64,000 nt of DNA from Porphyromonas sp. (GCA_041791495.1 JBHBLB010000050.1:9522-73521); one strand, 5' to 3'. Shown: positions 8,029 through 18,431, counted from the first letter of the stretch. The notes: generated by a model not told the origin, from the letters alone. Made by a program: numbers and translations.

Positions 8029-9839
8029 CTTATCTCGTTGAAATATTCGGTTATTATCTTGGCTTTAGCCCCTCCCACGACGGTCGCTATCTCATCCTCC
8101 TGAGCTTCCTTTAGCCTTTTTATACTCTTGAAGTGGGTCAGTAGTTTCTTTTTTGTCGCAGGGCCTATGCCCTTTATCTCGTCGAGGATCGATCGACCTT
8201 GCTTTTTGCTCCGCACTTTACGGTGAAACTTGATCGCAAACCTGTGCACCTCATCCTGTATCCGAGTGAGAAGGTTGAACGCCTGACTGCGTTGAAGTAT
8301 GCCGATGACAGCAGGAGGATTTCCGTAGAGTATATTCGCGGTGTTGTGCTTTTCGTCTTTTGCCAGTCCGAGGATTGGGATTGGTACACCGATCTTGTCG
8401 AGAGCCGCCGAGACAGTGTTCATATGTCCTTTGCCTCCGTCCGTGATGATGAGGTCAGGTATTTCGCCATTTTCTTCAAGTATTGCAGTATAGCGACGTG
8501 TCACCACTTCGCTCATGGAGGCGTAGTCGTTGGGCCCCTTTGTGTCGCGGATGTGGTAGAGTCGGTAGTCCGCTTTGGAAGGCATCGCTCCTTTGAATAC
8601 AACGCAGGCAGCCACTGCCGAGTCTCCGCTTATATTAGAGTTATCAAAACACTCGATATGGTATGGAAGAGTCGGTAAGCCTATGGTGCTCTTGAGCTCG
8701 CGAAGTAGTTGAGTATTGCGCTGCTCAGGGTTAAGTTTTTCTGCCTGTTTGTACTTGTCCGTCATATATTGACGTACATTCTCCATGGAGAGGTCCAGTA
8801 CCTTCCTCCTATCTCCCCGTATGGGCACGGTGATACTGATCTTTTCGTCAAGCGCAAAGTCCGGTTCGAACGGCAGTATTATCTCCCTTATCCTCCCCTT
8901 TGTTCCCTGAATTAGCTCCTGAAGCACCGATGAGAGTATCTCGCCTTTCTCTTCGGCGACCCTCAACTTATACTCCATTGTCTTTCCTGCAATGATATTA
9001 CCGTGTCGAAGTTCGAGATAATTGACATAGAAGGCCTCCAAGTCCGAGTCGCAGGATACGACAAGGGCATTACCGATTACGTCACTTATGATTGTGGACT
9101 TTGCTTGATGGTTTTCGAGGGCCAGTATCGTCTGTTGTATCTCATGCGCTTTCTCAAACTCCAGGTTCTCTGCATACGACATCATCTCCCCGGTGAGCTC
9201 GTTCACCACCTCCTTTATGTTGCCGTTGAGGATCTTCTTTGCTCGCTCGATGTCTGCCATATATTCCTTGGGAGATACGGCCCCTATGCAGGGAGCATTG
9301 CAACGCTTGATATGGCATTGCAGGCAGACCCTGAACTTTCCTCCCGATATATTTTCGGGTGTTAGGGCAAGCTTGCAAGTACGGAACCGATAGAGTCGCC
9401 GGAAGAGCTTGATGAGTGTGAACGGCAGACTGCGATCAGGGTAAGGTCCGAAGTAGAGAGAGCCATCCTTGCTCATCTTAAAAGTCGAGAAGACTCTCGG
9501 GAATGGCTCTCTCGTTATGCATATCCAGGGGTATATGTTTCCCTCCTTTAGGAGGATATTGTAGGTAGGATGATGCTCTTTTATCAGATTGTTTTCCAAG
9601 AGGAGTGCATCGTGCTCTGTCGATACCACGATGTATTCGACAGAGGCAAGGTCTCTGAGCAGAGCCCGAGTCTTAGGGTCGTTGTTCTCTTTCTGGAAGT
9701 AGGAAGAGATGCGTTTACGCAGGTTCTTCGCCTTCCCTACATATATGACCTCCTCGGAGCTGTTCCTGTAGCGGTAGCAGCCGGGTTTCTCCGGGATCGT
9801 GCTTAGCGATGCTCGTATGTTCTCTCGTTTGATCAGCAT
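8025..9839 (-). CDS. uvrC: Excinuclease ABC subunit C
   Basis: GIY-YIG (PGCY, IYVGKAKNLRKR), IECFDNSN, DGGKG, C-terminal HhH. Confidence 0.97.
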   Translation of the reverse strand: MLIKRENIRASLSTIPEKPGCYRYRNSSEEVIYVGKAKNLRKRISSYFQKENNDPKTRALLRDLASVEYIVVSTEHDALLLENNLIKEHHPTYNILLKEGNIYPWICITREPFPRVFSTFKMSKDGSLYFGPYPDRSLPFTLIKLFRRLYRFRTCKLALTPENISGGKFRVCLQCHIKRCNAPCIGAVSPKEYMADIERAKKILNGNIKEVVNELTGEMMSYAENLEFEKAHEIQQTILALENHQAKSTIISDVIGNALVVSCDSDLEAFYVNYLELRHGNIIAGKTMEYKLRVAEEKGEILSSVLQELIQGTKGRIREIILPFEPDFALDEKISITVPIRGDRRKVLDLSMENVRQYMTDKYKQAEKLNPEQRNTQLLRELKSTIGLPTLPYHIECFDNSNISGDSAVAACVVFKGAMPSKADYRLYHIRDTKGPNDYASMSEVVTRRYTAILEENGEIPDLIITDGGKGHMNTVSAALDKIGVPIPILGLAKDEKHNTANILYGNPPAVIGILQRSQAFNLLTRIQDEVHRFAIKFHRKVRSKKQGRSILDEIKGIGPATKKKLLTHFKSIKRLKEAQEDEIATVVGGAKAKIITEYFNEIR

Positions 9840-9863
9840 AATGTTCCACGTGGAGCAATTCTG

Positions 9864-11741
9864 TTATCTGCCTAAAAGGACCAAAAGGATATTGATATCG
9901 CTGGGGGAAATCCCCGGTATGCGTGAGGCTTGTCCTATGGTCTCCGGGTCTATCTTCTTGAGCTTTTGCCTTGCTTCTGTGGATAGAGCCTTTATCGTGT
10001 CGTAGTCGAAGCGTCCTCGTATCTGTATGTACTCCAGTCGTTTAGCTTTCTCTGCAAGCTCTTTTTCCCTGTCGATATAGCCCTTGTACTTGACCTCTAT
10101 CTCTGCTGATTCTACAATCTCCTCCATCCGGTCGGATGGGAGACAGTCAATAGCGTGACGCAGTGCCGGCACTGCCGTAGCGAGAGCGTGTATGCTTAGG
10201 GTAGGGCGCAGCACCAGATCTATAAGTTTGCATCCGTGCTTGAGAGGCGTGGTGCCATACTCTGTGAGGAGCTGTTCCACCTCTCGGGGGGATACGGAGG
10301 TATTGTGGCACAGCTGTATGAGTTCTTCCCGTAGTTGCAACTTCTCCATCAGGAGGTCGTGTCGGCGCGTCGTACACGCTCCTATCTCGTAAGCCCTTGG
10401 CGTGAGACGCATGTCGGCATTGTCTTGGCGCAGGAGTATACGGTACTCTGCTCTGCTTGTGAACATCCGATAGGGTTCATCCACCCCTTTCGTCACCAGG
10501 TCGTCTATCAGTACGCCTATGTATGCTTCGTCACGTCCGAGGATCAGTTCGCGCTCCGGGCAGTGTGCAGCTAAGTGCGCATTTATACCCGCAACGAGTC
10601 CCTGACCTGCCGCTTCTTCGTAACCCGTGGTGCCGTTGATCTGCCCTGCGAAGAAGAGTCGCTTGATCCTCTTTGTCTCTAAAGTATGATGCAGTTGCGT
10701 AGGAGGAAAGAAGTCGTACTCTATCGCATATCCCGGGCGAAGGATATGTGCGTCGCGAAGGGCCGGGATGGCACGTATGGCGGCATCCTGTACCTCGAAG
10801 GGGAGAGAGGATGAGAAGCCATTGACATAGTACTCCGTCGTGCCCTCTCCCTCAGGCTCGAGGAAGAGCTGGTGGCGTTCCTTGTCGGAAAAGGTGGTGA
10901 TCTTGGTCTCTATGCTTGGGCAGTATCGTGGGCCTATGCTCTGTATCTGCCCGTTGTAGAGAGGGGAGTCGTCGAGGCTCTCTGCGAGTATGCGATGTAC
11001 TTCGGGGTTAGTGTAGGTGATGTGGCACCCTCTCTGTCGGAGCACTTTCCGGGGGGCTTCCGGGAGGAATGAGAACTTGTGGAAATCCTCGTCCCCTACC
11101 TGTTCCTCACAGAGGTCGAAGTGTATCGTGCGTGCATCCAGACGCATGGGGGTACCGGTCTTCATCCTGTCTGAGTCGAACCCCAGTGAGCGCAACTGCT
11201 CTGTGATACCTGTGGAGGCGGGTTCGGATATGCGTCCTCCGGCGAACTGCACCCTGCCCACGTGCATCAGACCATTGAGGAACGTCCCGTTCGTGAGGAT
11301 CACACTGCGCCCATAGAACGATACGCCCATGAATGTACGTACCCCCTTGACTTCCTCTCTCTCTATGATAAGGCTGCTTACGGTATCCTGCCACAAGCGG
11401 AGTCCGGCAGTCTGTTCCACCACTTCGCGCCAAGCCTCGCTAAATCTCTGTCTGTCGCTCTGCGCCCTCGGGCTCCACATCGCAGGGCCTTTGCTTCGGT
11501 TGAGCATCCTGAACTGTATTGCCGTCTTATCGGTGATGATGCCCATATGTCCGCCAAGTGCATCTATCTCCCTTACTATCTGACCTTTGGCTATCCCCCC
11601 TACGGCAGGGTTACAGCTCATCTGCGCTATTTTGTTGGTGTCCATCGTGATGAGCAGTACGGATGAGCCCATGCGTGCGGCAGCCGTAGCGGCCTCGCAT
11701 CCTGCGTGTCCTGCACCCACCACTATGACATCATAGTTCAT
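9864..11741 (-). CDS. mnmG: tRNA uridine-5-carboxymethylaminomethyl(34) synthesis enzyme MnmG (GidA)
   Basis: VIVVGAGHAGCEAA, MSCNPAVGG, GPRYCPSIE and AGQINGTTGYEEAA. Start moved to MNYDV (11741, or 11747) because the -7 box lies at 11781-11788. Confidence 0.97.
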   Translation of the reverse strand: MNYDVIVVGAGHAGCEAATAAARMGSSVLLITMDTNKIAQMSCNPAVGGIAKGQIVREIDALGGHMGIITDKTAIQFRMLNRSKGPAMWSPRAQSDRQRFSEAWREVVEQTAGLRLWQDTVSSLIIEREEVKGVRTFMGVSFYGRSVILTNGTFLNGLMHVGRVQFAGGRISEPASTGITEQLRSLGFDSDRMKTGTPMRLDARTIHFDLCEEQVGDEDFHKFSFLPEAPRKVLRQRGCHITYTNPEVHRILAESLDDSPLYNGQIQSIGPRYCPSIETKITTFSDKERHQLFLEPEGEGTTEYYVNGFSSSLPFEVQDAAIRAIPALRDAHILRPGYAIEYDFFPPTQLHHTLETKRIKRLFFAGQINGTTGYEEAAGQGLVAGINAHLAAHCPERELILGRDEAYIGVLIDDLVTKGVDEPYRMFTSRAEYRILLRQDNADMRLTPRAYEIGACTTRRHDLLMEKLQLREELIQLCHNTSVSPREVEQLLTEYGTTPLKHGCKLIDLVLRPTLSIHALATAVPALRHAIDCLPSDRMEEIVESAEIEVKYKGYIDREKELAEKAKRLEYIQIRGRFDYDTIKALSTEARQKLKKIDPETIGQASRIPGISPSDINILLVLLGR

Positions 11742-11780
11742 TATCATCTGTGTTGTAAGTATTCTAATCGTTGTAACACA

Positions 11781-11788
11781 CAAAGTTA
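11781..11788 (-). promoter_or_regulatory. Sigma-A -7 box (TAACTTTG) for mnmG-uvrC-dtd-mazG-deoC
   Basis: Exact TAnnTTTG match 40 bp upstream of the start. Confidence 0.65.
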
Positions 11789-11984
11789 CGCAAAAAAAAG
11801 TACCCCTTCTCATCACTTATGCTCTATCAATGCGACAAAAAAGCTCGATTATGTCGCAAACTTTTGTGCCACGGGGTGCAGGCGATGCTCACTGTCTTTC
11901 TTGCTGGAGCTCATAGAGGAGGCTATGTAACGCAGGAAATAAAGGATGGTGCCGCGGGATATGAAGTTGCGGATAATAGGATAT

Positions 11985-12078
11985 GAACTTATGTTCAGCT
12001 GCGGAAAACTACTTTTCTGCTCCTGAAAACCAATGTCCCGCCGCTGATTATTACTTTTCAGCCGCTGAAAACCTCTTC
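11985..12078. repeat. 94-bp modular element, copy B
   Basis: gaacttatgttc-agctgcg-gaaaactacttttc-tgctcct-gaaaaccaatgtcc-cgccgct-gattattacttttc-agccgct-gaaaacctcttc. The terminal motif cgggatatgaagttg recurs 22 bp further out (11955-11969). Confidence 0.9.
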
Positions 12079-12220
12079 AAGTGCGGTTAAGACTGCATTT
12101 GCAACGGTATATGAGGAAGGTCCGACCCTGAATGGCTATGCTTTCGGACGGTACCGTGCAGGCCCTCTCTGTATAGGTGGGGAGGGCTGGGTGCTATCCT
12201 GCCTTTGCTCCGCATCGAGT

Positions 12221-12859
12221 TTATTTGCGTCCGAAGTCTGCCGGTATCTCCCCGAGTACCTCTGTCTCCCACTTCGTGATCGTGTAGCGTGAGAGATCGT
12301 GTGCGTGAAGCCACTGCACGGCTCTGTCGATATGCTGCCAGAGAAGTTCGGTGGCAGCGTTGCGGGGAAGGTTGGTCTTTATGGCTTTCTTCCGCACCCA
12401 GGAGAGGGCGGTGCGGCTGTCGGTGTAGAGGGGGACGATGTGTCCCGTGCGTTCCATCAGGGCGAGGGCGTGGACGATGGCGAGGAATTCTCCGATGTTG
12501 TTCGTTCCACGTGGATACTTTTGGCTATGAAAGAGGAGTTCACCTGTCTCTATCTCTACCCCTCTGTACTCCATCTCTCCGGGGTTGCCCGAGCAAGCGG
12601 CGTCCACGGCTACGGCACCTGGAGGTATCTGTGAGCGTACGACCGTGGGGCGAGGTATACGTGCACTGCTCTTGGTGTGAGGTACGGGTATCTCCTCGTA
12701 CAGGATGCGCTCGGCCTCCTCACGGGTGATCCCCTTGAAGGACTTGTATCTCGCCCCCTTGCGGTGTATGACCTGTCTGCGACACTCTTCCCAGGTCTCG
12801 TAGATGCCGGGCGTTTCGCCTTGCCATACGATATACCACTTCTTGTCGTTCGTACTCAT
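12221..12859 (-). CDS. rnhA: Ribonuclease HI with N-terminal viroplasmin-like hybrid-binding domain
   Basis: WYIVWQGETPGIYETWEEC N-domain; VDAACSGNPG, TNNIGEFLAIVHAL, YTDS and IPADFGRK. Confidence 0.88.
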   Translation of the reverse strand: MSTNDKKWYIVWQGETPGIYETWEECRRQVIHRKGARYKSFKGITREEAERILYEEIPVPHTKSSARIPRPTVVRSQIPPGAVAVDAACSGNPGEMEYRGVEIETGELLFHSQKYPRGTNNIGEFLAIVHALALMERTGHIVPLYTDSRTALSWVRKKAIKTNLPRNAATELLWQHIDRAVQWLHAHDLSRYTITKWETEVLGEIPADFGRK

Positions 12860-12867
12860 TCGTGGGT

Positions 12868-13632
12868 CTATATTATGTAGGTGTAGGTAGATCCGTCACG
12901 GCTTATCTGAGTCTCCGATGCCCCTATGATGTCGGCGTAGGCCAGCATCTCTTCGTGTGTGCCTGCCATATCTCCCGTGATGGCGTGGCGACACATTGCC
13001 CCTCTCATCATCTTCGTGTAGACGACGATCTGCTTGACCTTGTCGCCCTTACGTATCTTGAAGAGGGGCTGAAGCACTCGTATGCTCTTCGTTACCCTTT
13101 TCCAGTCGAAGAGCTGTTTCATCTCTTCGCTGGCAAGGAAGAGGAGCGTGCCTCCCTCTGCCTGCACTTCGGCGATGAGATGGTCGGTGAGGTGGGTGCG
13201 AAAGTAGGCAAAGATGGTCTCTCCCTCCGTCTCGTCAAGAGCCACGTCTCCCTCCATGCGGTAGGGACGTATGGCATCTCCGGGACGTAAGAGCCCGTAG
13301 AGGAACGAGCATATCCTGAGGCGTGCGCACATCCTTCCCATCTCCTCTGCCGAGAGACTCTCGGGGGAGATATGCTTGAATACGATGCCGTCGTAGGCGT
13401 ATATGGCAGGGGTGAGGGGGGCGACGGAGAAGTCCTGATAGGCTTGGTGGACTTCCTCGGCAAGGGTCGGCTTGATGCCGAGGAGCTGGGCGAGCTCCGC
13501 GATGCTCTTGCCGCTCATCTCGAATGCCAGCCTCCGTGCTGTATCTTCCCATACTGGGTGGGTCGTGGTGAGCTGACCCGTCGGAGGGATGACTGTGCGC
13601 ATAAGCTTGGCAGGGGATATGAGTATAAGCAT
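12868..13632 (-). CDS. yaaA: YaaA family (peroxide-stress) protein
   Basis: ILISPAK, PAIYAYDGIVF, LYGLLRPGDAIRPYRMEG and KMMRGAM. Confidence 0.85.
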   Translation of the reverse strand: MLILISPAKLMRTVIPPTGQLTTTHPVWEDTARRLAFEMSGKSIAELAQLLGIKPTLAEEVHQAYQDFSVAPLTPAIYAYDGIVFKHISPESLSAEEMGRMCARLRICSFLYGLLRPGDAIRPYRMEGDVALDETEGETIFAYFRTHLTDHLIAEVQAEGGTLLFLASEEMKQLFDWKRVTKSIRVLQPLFKIRKGDKVKQIVVYTKMMRGAMCRHAITGDMAGTHEEMLAYADIIGASETQISRDGSTYTYII

Positions 13633-13644
13633 GGTGGGGGATAT

Positions 13645-14340
13645 TTATAGAGTGGGTGGAGATTTGCGTTCGTGTGCTACGTAAAGGAGCATAACGCCCT
13701 CCGTGTGTAGGGTGACCTGGCTTGCTACCGCTTCGTTGAGGGTCGCCTGCCATAGGGCATCGAACCTTCGGGCATCGAAGGGGTACCTCACCCCTTCTGC
13801 GGTCATGGGATGACTGTCGGTAGGGAAGAAGGAGAGCTGTGTGCCGACTTCGACCGTGAGTTCTGTGTATCCCGATAGAGGGATGAATATACCGTGGTCG
13901 GAGAGCATACGTACCCGCGCTCCCATCTTGCTGTATTCGGGGAGTAGGAAGATATTGCCGATGGTGTGGTCTTCTCGCTTTCCTGTGCCTGCGAGTATGG
14001 CGATGTCGTGCCACCCTTGCCTAAGGCAGTGTGTGACGCTCTTGGTAAGGTCATTGGTCTCTTGGTCTCGGATATGTATGAAGGGTATATTGTGGCTCCG
14101 GAGAAGTTGGAGCGGGACGGAGTCGCCATCCCCTATAACGCAGTCGGGCTTCCGTTGCGATCGCTCGAGATGTGTGCGTATGGCTCCGTCACATACTACA
14201 AGGTGCGGTACTCGCTCTATGTGATGGATGAGAGCCTGTGCGGCAGGGTAGTCGCCCTGAGCCAGGATGACGGCTTCGGGTCGGTAGTCGGCGAGGTGAC
14301 GGAGATCGAGATAGGTGGTGGGGTTTTTCATACCTTTCAT
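13645..14340 (-). CDS. thiN: Thiamine pyrophosphokinase
   Basis: CDGA, IGDGDS, DQETNDLTK and GKREDHTIGN motifs. True start is MKGMK at 14340, an ATGA overlap with the pnuC stop; the track ORF is over-extended. Confidence 0.9.
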   Translation of the reverse strand: MKGMKNPTTYLDLRHLADYRPEAVILAQGDYPAAQALIHHIERVPHLVVCDGAIRTHLERSQRKPDCVIGDGDSVPLQLLRSHNIPFIHIRDQETNDLTKSVTHCLRQGWHDIAILAGTGKREDHTIGNIFLLPEYSKMGARVRMLSDHGIFIPLSGYTELTVEVGTQLSFFPTDSHPMTAEGVRYPFDARRFDALWQATLNEAVASQVTLHTEGVMLLYVAHERKSPPTL

Positions 14341-14921
14341 TGTGCGTTGCCCGTAGTGTGGATCTGCTTCTTCCAGCTGAAGTAGCCTACCACCGCAACG
14401 GAGGTGTAGATGAAGTAGAATATCCCGGTGATCGTGAAGCCTTGGAGAAAGAAGAGGACGCAGAAGATGGCATTGGAGATAATCCAACAGTACCAGTTCT
14501 CGATGTACTTCTTGGCCAACAACCACATACCAACGGCACTTATGACTGTGGCAGTGACATCGCCAAGAGGGTAGGGGCTCTCCATGAACTTGTCGAAGAG
14601 GGGTGTGAGAAGTGCGATACCGAGCGCCGTGCAGAGGAGCAACACCAGCCTTGCCTTCCTGGGAGCATAGGTGATATGGTCGGCTTCGGGCTTCTCGTGT
14701 CTCCGCTTGTGCCATACCCGCCAGCCCCATATCGCCGCAATGAGATAGTAAAGATTGACGAGAATATTACCATACATCTGCCCTTCCCACGATATATACA
14801 TATAGAAGAATGGCAATATGATCCCCACAGGCCATAACCAAAAACTCGCCCGAACCTCCAAAACCACGTAAAGAATTCCTATCGTGGCTGCCACCATCTC
14901 TATGACTTGAATTGTATCCAT
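14337..14921 (-). CDS. pnuC: PnuC/PnuT family vitamin transporter (probably thiamine)
   Basis: Multi-TM protein with WLWPVGI, YGWxxW-like segment and MWLLAKKYIENWYCW; coupled to thiN. Confidence 0.88.
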   Translation of the reverse strand: MDTIQVIEMVAATIGILYVVLEVRASFWLWPVGIILPFFYMYISWEGQMYGNILVNLYYLIAAIWGWRVWHKRRHEKPEADHITYAPRKARLVLLLCTALGIALLTPLFDKFMESPYPLGDVTATVISAVGMWLLAKKYIENWYCWIISNAIFCVLFFLQGFTITGIFYFIYTSVAVVGYFSWKKQIHTTGNAQ

Positions 14922-14946
14922 TGCCTTTTCTCCATAAACTTATCCC

Positions 14947-14954
14947 CAAATTTA
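14947..14954 (-). promoter_or_regulatory. Sigma-A -7 box (TAAATTTG) for pnuC-thiN-yaaA-rnhA
   Basis: Exact TAnnTTTG match 25 bp upstream of the start. Confidence 0.6.
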
Positions 14955-15042
14955 CACTTTCTTCTGCGCATATAAGCACCATCGATTGCATAGGTTTCTT
15001 CCGCCCCATCCGCATCTTTCTCTCCCTGCGACGTATAAAAAC

Positions 15043-15075
15043 AACAAGGGCCATGCTTCCCGCATAGCCCTTGTT
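15043..15075 (-). terminator. Terminator of the sdh-bcp-recA operon
   Basis: aacaagggc...gcccttgtt stem with a tgttttt tail on the minus strand. Confidence 0.65.
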
Positions 15076-15243
15076 ATATGTTCCACAAAATATTAGGATA
15101 TTAGGTAAGAAAGATTGATTAGGTTATGTTTTTTTGACATCACAAATTTCTCAAAATCTCCTATCACTACCAATAATCGTGATATATTGTAGAGCATCCT
15201 TTTCTTTCGTATATAATAAAAGTCTTTTGTATGTATAGGCGTT

Positions 15244-16284
15244 TTATTTTCTCTCTTCTTTTAATTTCGCTTTTATAGCTTCGTGAATTTTAGATTCTAT
15301 TATATCTGCCAAGTCTACATTCATTTTGAGCGTTTCTTTTGCGGCATCTCTCCCTTGTCCAAGGCGAGTGTCCTCAAAATGATACCAGGATCCGCTTTTA
15401 CGAATTATGTCGAGTTCAGAGCCAAGATCTATAAGTTCGCCTACTTTTGATATACCTTCGCCAAACATGATATCGAACTCTGCTCTCTTGAAAGGGGGAG
15501 CGACCTTGTTCTTTGCTACCTTTACTTTCGTAAGGTGCCCAAAAACTTCTTCTCCGTCTTTGATCTGGGTGCTTTTACGTATATCAAGACGAACGGACGC
15601 ATAGTATTTAAGTGCGTTCCCCCCCGTAGTCGTTTCGGGGTTGCCATAGCCTCCGATCTTTTCGCGTAGCTGGTTGATGAAGATACAGGTCGTATTGCTT
15701 TTGTTGATATATCCGGTAAGTTTTCGGAGGGCTTGGGACATCAGTCGAGCCTGAAGCCCTACTTTATTGTCTCCCATATCGCCTTCAATCTCACTTTTGG
15801 GGGTCAGAGCTGCCACGGAGTCTATCACGACGAGATCCACCGCCGATGAGCGGATCAACTGTTCGGCGATGTCGAGGGCTTGCTCCCCATTGTCCGGCTG
15901 AGAGATCCATAGCTTAGTGAGATCTACTCCCAGCTTCTCTGCATAAAACCTGTCGAAAGCGTGCTCAGCATCAATGATTGCTGCTATGCCTCCTCCCTTT
16001 TGCGCCTCAGCAATGGCATGGATGGCAAGGGTCGTCTTTCCGGAAGATTCCGGACCGTATATCTCTACGATACGTCCGCGGGGGTAGCCTCCTACACCGA
16101 GAGCTATATCAAGAGTGAGCGAACCTGTCGGTATCGCCTCCACATCTTCTACGGTCTGTGTCGCCATGTTCATGATCGAACCCTTGCCGAAAGTCTTTTC
16201 TATCTTCGCCATGGCCGCTTCGAGTGCTTGCATCTTTGCATCTTCGATGGCAGCACCCTTGCCTTTACCTTTTTCCTTTTCCAT
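15244..16284 (-). CDS. recA: Recombinase RecA
   Basis: [37 protein letters not shown] and KNKVAPPF. Confidence 0.99.
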   Translation of the reverse strand: MEKEKGKGKGAAIEDAKMQALEAAMAKIEKTFGKGSIMNMATQTVEDVEAIPTGSLTLDIALGVGGYPRGRIVEIYGPESSGKTTLAIHAIAEAQKGGGIAAIIDAEHAFDRFYAEKLGVDLTKLWISQPDNGEQALDIAEQLIRSSAVDLVVIDSVAALTPKSEIEGDMGDNKVGLQARLMSQALRKLTGYINKSNTTCIFINQLREKIGGYGNPETTTGGNALKYYASVRLDIRKSTQIKDGEEVFGHLTKVKVAKNKVAPPFKRAEFDIMFGEGISKVGELIDLGSELDIIRKSGSWYHFEDTRLGQGRDAAKETLKMNVDLADIIESKIHEAIKAKLKEERK

Positions 16285-16323
16285 ATATAATAATGTGTGT
16301 ATATGAACGGGTTGAACTTAATC

Positions 16324-16797
16324 TTACTTTCCGATGCCGGTGATGACCTCAAGGAGTTGGGCAGCGTGCTCTTTCGTCTTGACATCCTTACCGCTGATGA
16401 CGGCACGCACTATCCCTTCTTCGTCGATGACGAAGGTGGTGCGTTGGGTGCCGAAGTACTTACGGCCATACATACTTTTCTCTACCCATACTCCGAAAGC
16501 CTGGTTAAGTACCGTATCGGTATCGGCTATGAGGGTGAAGGGAAGCGCATGTTGCTCTCTGAACTTCGAGTGCGACTTAGCAGAGTCTTTGCTTACGCCG
16601 ATCACTTTGTATCCAGCCGAGGATAGGTCATCTATACCATCGCGTAGACTGCAAGCCTGAGCCGTGCAGCCCGACGTGTTATCCTTCGGGTAGAAGTACA
16701 GTATCACCTTCTGCCCTTTGAGGCTTTCGGCAGTGATCTCTCTGCCATCTTGGTCTGTCCCAAGTAGGGCAGGGATCTTATCTCCTACCGTTATCAT
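16324..16797 (-). CDS. bcp: Thioredoxin-dependent thiol peroxidase Bcp
   Basis: YFYPKDNTSGCTAQACSLRD motif. Confidence 0.95.
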   Translation of the reverse strand: MITVGDKIPALLGTDQDGREITAESLKGQKVILYFYPKDNTSGCTAQACSLRDGIDDLSSAGYKVIGVSKDSAKSHSKFREQHALPFTLIADTDTVLNQAFGVWVEKSMYGRKYFGTQRTTFVIDEEGIVRAVISGKDVKTKEHAAQLLEVITGIGK

Positions 16798-17990
16798 AGT
16801 TCGAGATCTATGTCAAAGAGTTCGTGCCAAGGGAGTCCTTGCTTGTTGAGTTGCTCCATGAATGGATCGGGATCGAACTCTTCTACGTTGAAGACTCCGG
16901 GACGACGCCAGAGACCTTTGAAGAACATCATCGCTCCTATCGTGGCAGGCACACCGGTGGTATAGCTTACCCCTTGCGCTCCTGTCTCTTTGTAAGACTC
17001 CTCGTGGCTGCAGTTGTTGTAGACATAGTAAGTACGCTCCTTGCCATCTTTGATACCTCGGATGCGACAGCCTATGGAAGTCTGACCGGTGTAGTTCTCT
17101 CCGAGGTCGCCCGGGTTGGGGAGTACTGCTTTGAGGAACTGTATCGGCACAATCTCACGTCCCTCATACATGATGGGCACGATGCTTGCCATCCCGATGT
17201 TTTGTATGACACGTAGGTGGGTGAGATACTCTTGTCCGAAGGTCATCCAGAATCTTGCACGACGCAGGGTTGGGAAGTTTTTTGTCAGAGATTCCAGCTC
17301 TTCGTGGTAGAGGAGGTATGACTCTCTCGGTCCCACCTCGGGATAGTTGAGGGTCTTATGGATCTCTTGCGGCTCTGTTTCTATCCATTTCCCATCTTCC
17401 CAGTATTTGCCTTTTTGTGTGATCTCGCGAATGTTGATCTCCGGATTGAAGTTTGTTGCAAACGCTTTATGGTGATCTCCTGCATTGCAATCCACGATGT
17501 CGAGGTAGTGGATCTCATCGAAGTGATGCTTTGCTGCGTAAGCAGTGAATATATTAGTCACTCCGGGGTCGAACCCACACCCAAGTATAGCGGTAAGTCC
17601 CGCCTCCTTGAATCTCTCTTGATAGGCCCATTGCCAGTGGTATTCGAACTTCGCCTCATCGAGCGGTTCGTAGTTGGCAGTGTCGAGATAGTTCACGCCG
17701 CACTCCAGACACGCATCCATGATCGTAAGATCCTGGTAGGGGAGAGCCACGTTGATGACAAGTTCGGGTTTGAAGTCATTGAAGAGTCTCACGAGGTCGG
17801 CGACATTGTCGGCATCCACTTGGGCTGTTTTGATCTTTACATTCTTGATCTCGGCAGCGATGGCATCGCACTTAGACTTTGTCCGACTGGCAAGCATAAT
17901 GTCGGTGAATACGTCAGAGTTCATGGCAACCTTCTTTGCCACAACGGTGCCTACGCCACCTGCACCGATGATTAGTACACGTCCTTTCAT
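16794..17990 (-). CDS. Saccharopine dehydrogenase family protein (probable carboxy(nor)spermidine dehydrogenase)
   Basis: IIGAGGVG, NVALPYQD, YLDTANYE, GCGFDPG and FATNFNPEIN. The sdh-bcp-recA order is known in Bacteroides. Confidence 0.9.
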   Translation of the reverse strand: MKGRVLIIGAGGVGTVVAKKVAMNSDVFTDIMLASRTKSKCDAIAAEIKNVKIKTAQVDADNVADLVRLFNDFKPELVINVALPYQDLTIMDACLECGVNYLDTANYEPLDEAKFEYHWQWAYQERFKEAGLTAILGCGFDPGVTNIFTAYAAKHHFDEIHYLDIVDCNAGDHHKAFATNFNPEINIREITQKGKYWEDGKWIETEPQEIHKTLNYPEVGPRESYLLYHEELESLTKNFPTLRRARFWMTFGQEYLTHLRVIQNIGMASIVPIMYEGREIVPIQFLKAVLPNPGDLGENYTGQTSIGCRIRGIKDGKERTYYVYNNCSHEESYKETGAQGVSYTTGVPATIGAMMFFKGLWRRPGVFNVEEFDPDPFMEQLNKQGLPWHELFDIDLEL

Positions 17991-18431
17991 TTCTTTATCA
18001 AGTTGTTATTGTTATATCTATCTGAGATTATTAGGTAAAGGTACAAAAAACAGATGACCCGTCAGCCTCTCTTTCCTTCTCGTACGTAGAAAAATAAATA
18101 GCTCCTGTGTCGGATTTCTATCCAAGTGGTCGGTTTGGGTTACTTTTTTCATGGGTGTCGGATGAGCGGGGTTGTGGAAATTGTCTTGAGAAACTCCCCT
18201 TCTTCTCGGTGAAGAGGGCGGTGTTGTCTTGATGAAAGTGTGGGGAAGTGCAGTTTCGGTAGACATTTGTATGTTTTGCACTTCTGGGAGTGCTTGATTT
18301 TTTACTAATAAACAAACAAGAACGGAATAGCTTTCCTATCTAAATGTTGCCGACAATCGGCAATGAAGTGTGAGAACTTTCAGAATTTAGCATGGATTAA
18401 CTACAAATGTATGCTCAATTTTCCGGATGAC

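Noticed and set aside
11792-11799. A8 tract beside the mnmG promoter (also T8 at ~5949)
   Set aside because: Short homopolymers are common in AT-rich spacers, and there is no evidence of phase variation.
14341-14730. N-terminal extension of the 361-aa ORF 13645..14730
   Set aside because: It overlaps pnuC in another frame. ThiN starts at 14340 by ATGA coupling, so this is not a fusion or frameshift.
14922-15240. TPP riboswitch upstream of pnuC
   Set aside because: No CTGAGA or CCTGAnnnGnTAAT-type THI-box elements on the minus strand, and the promoter is adjacent to the start codon.
18121-18290. Possible further degenerate element arms (also 6130-6230 and 43940-44150)
   Set aside because: Only short matches (atgggtgtcgg, tccaagtgg) and no 94-bp core. 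I could not establish periodicity by eye.
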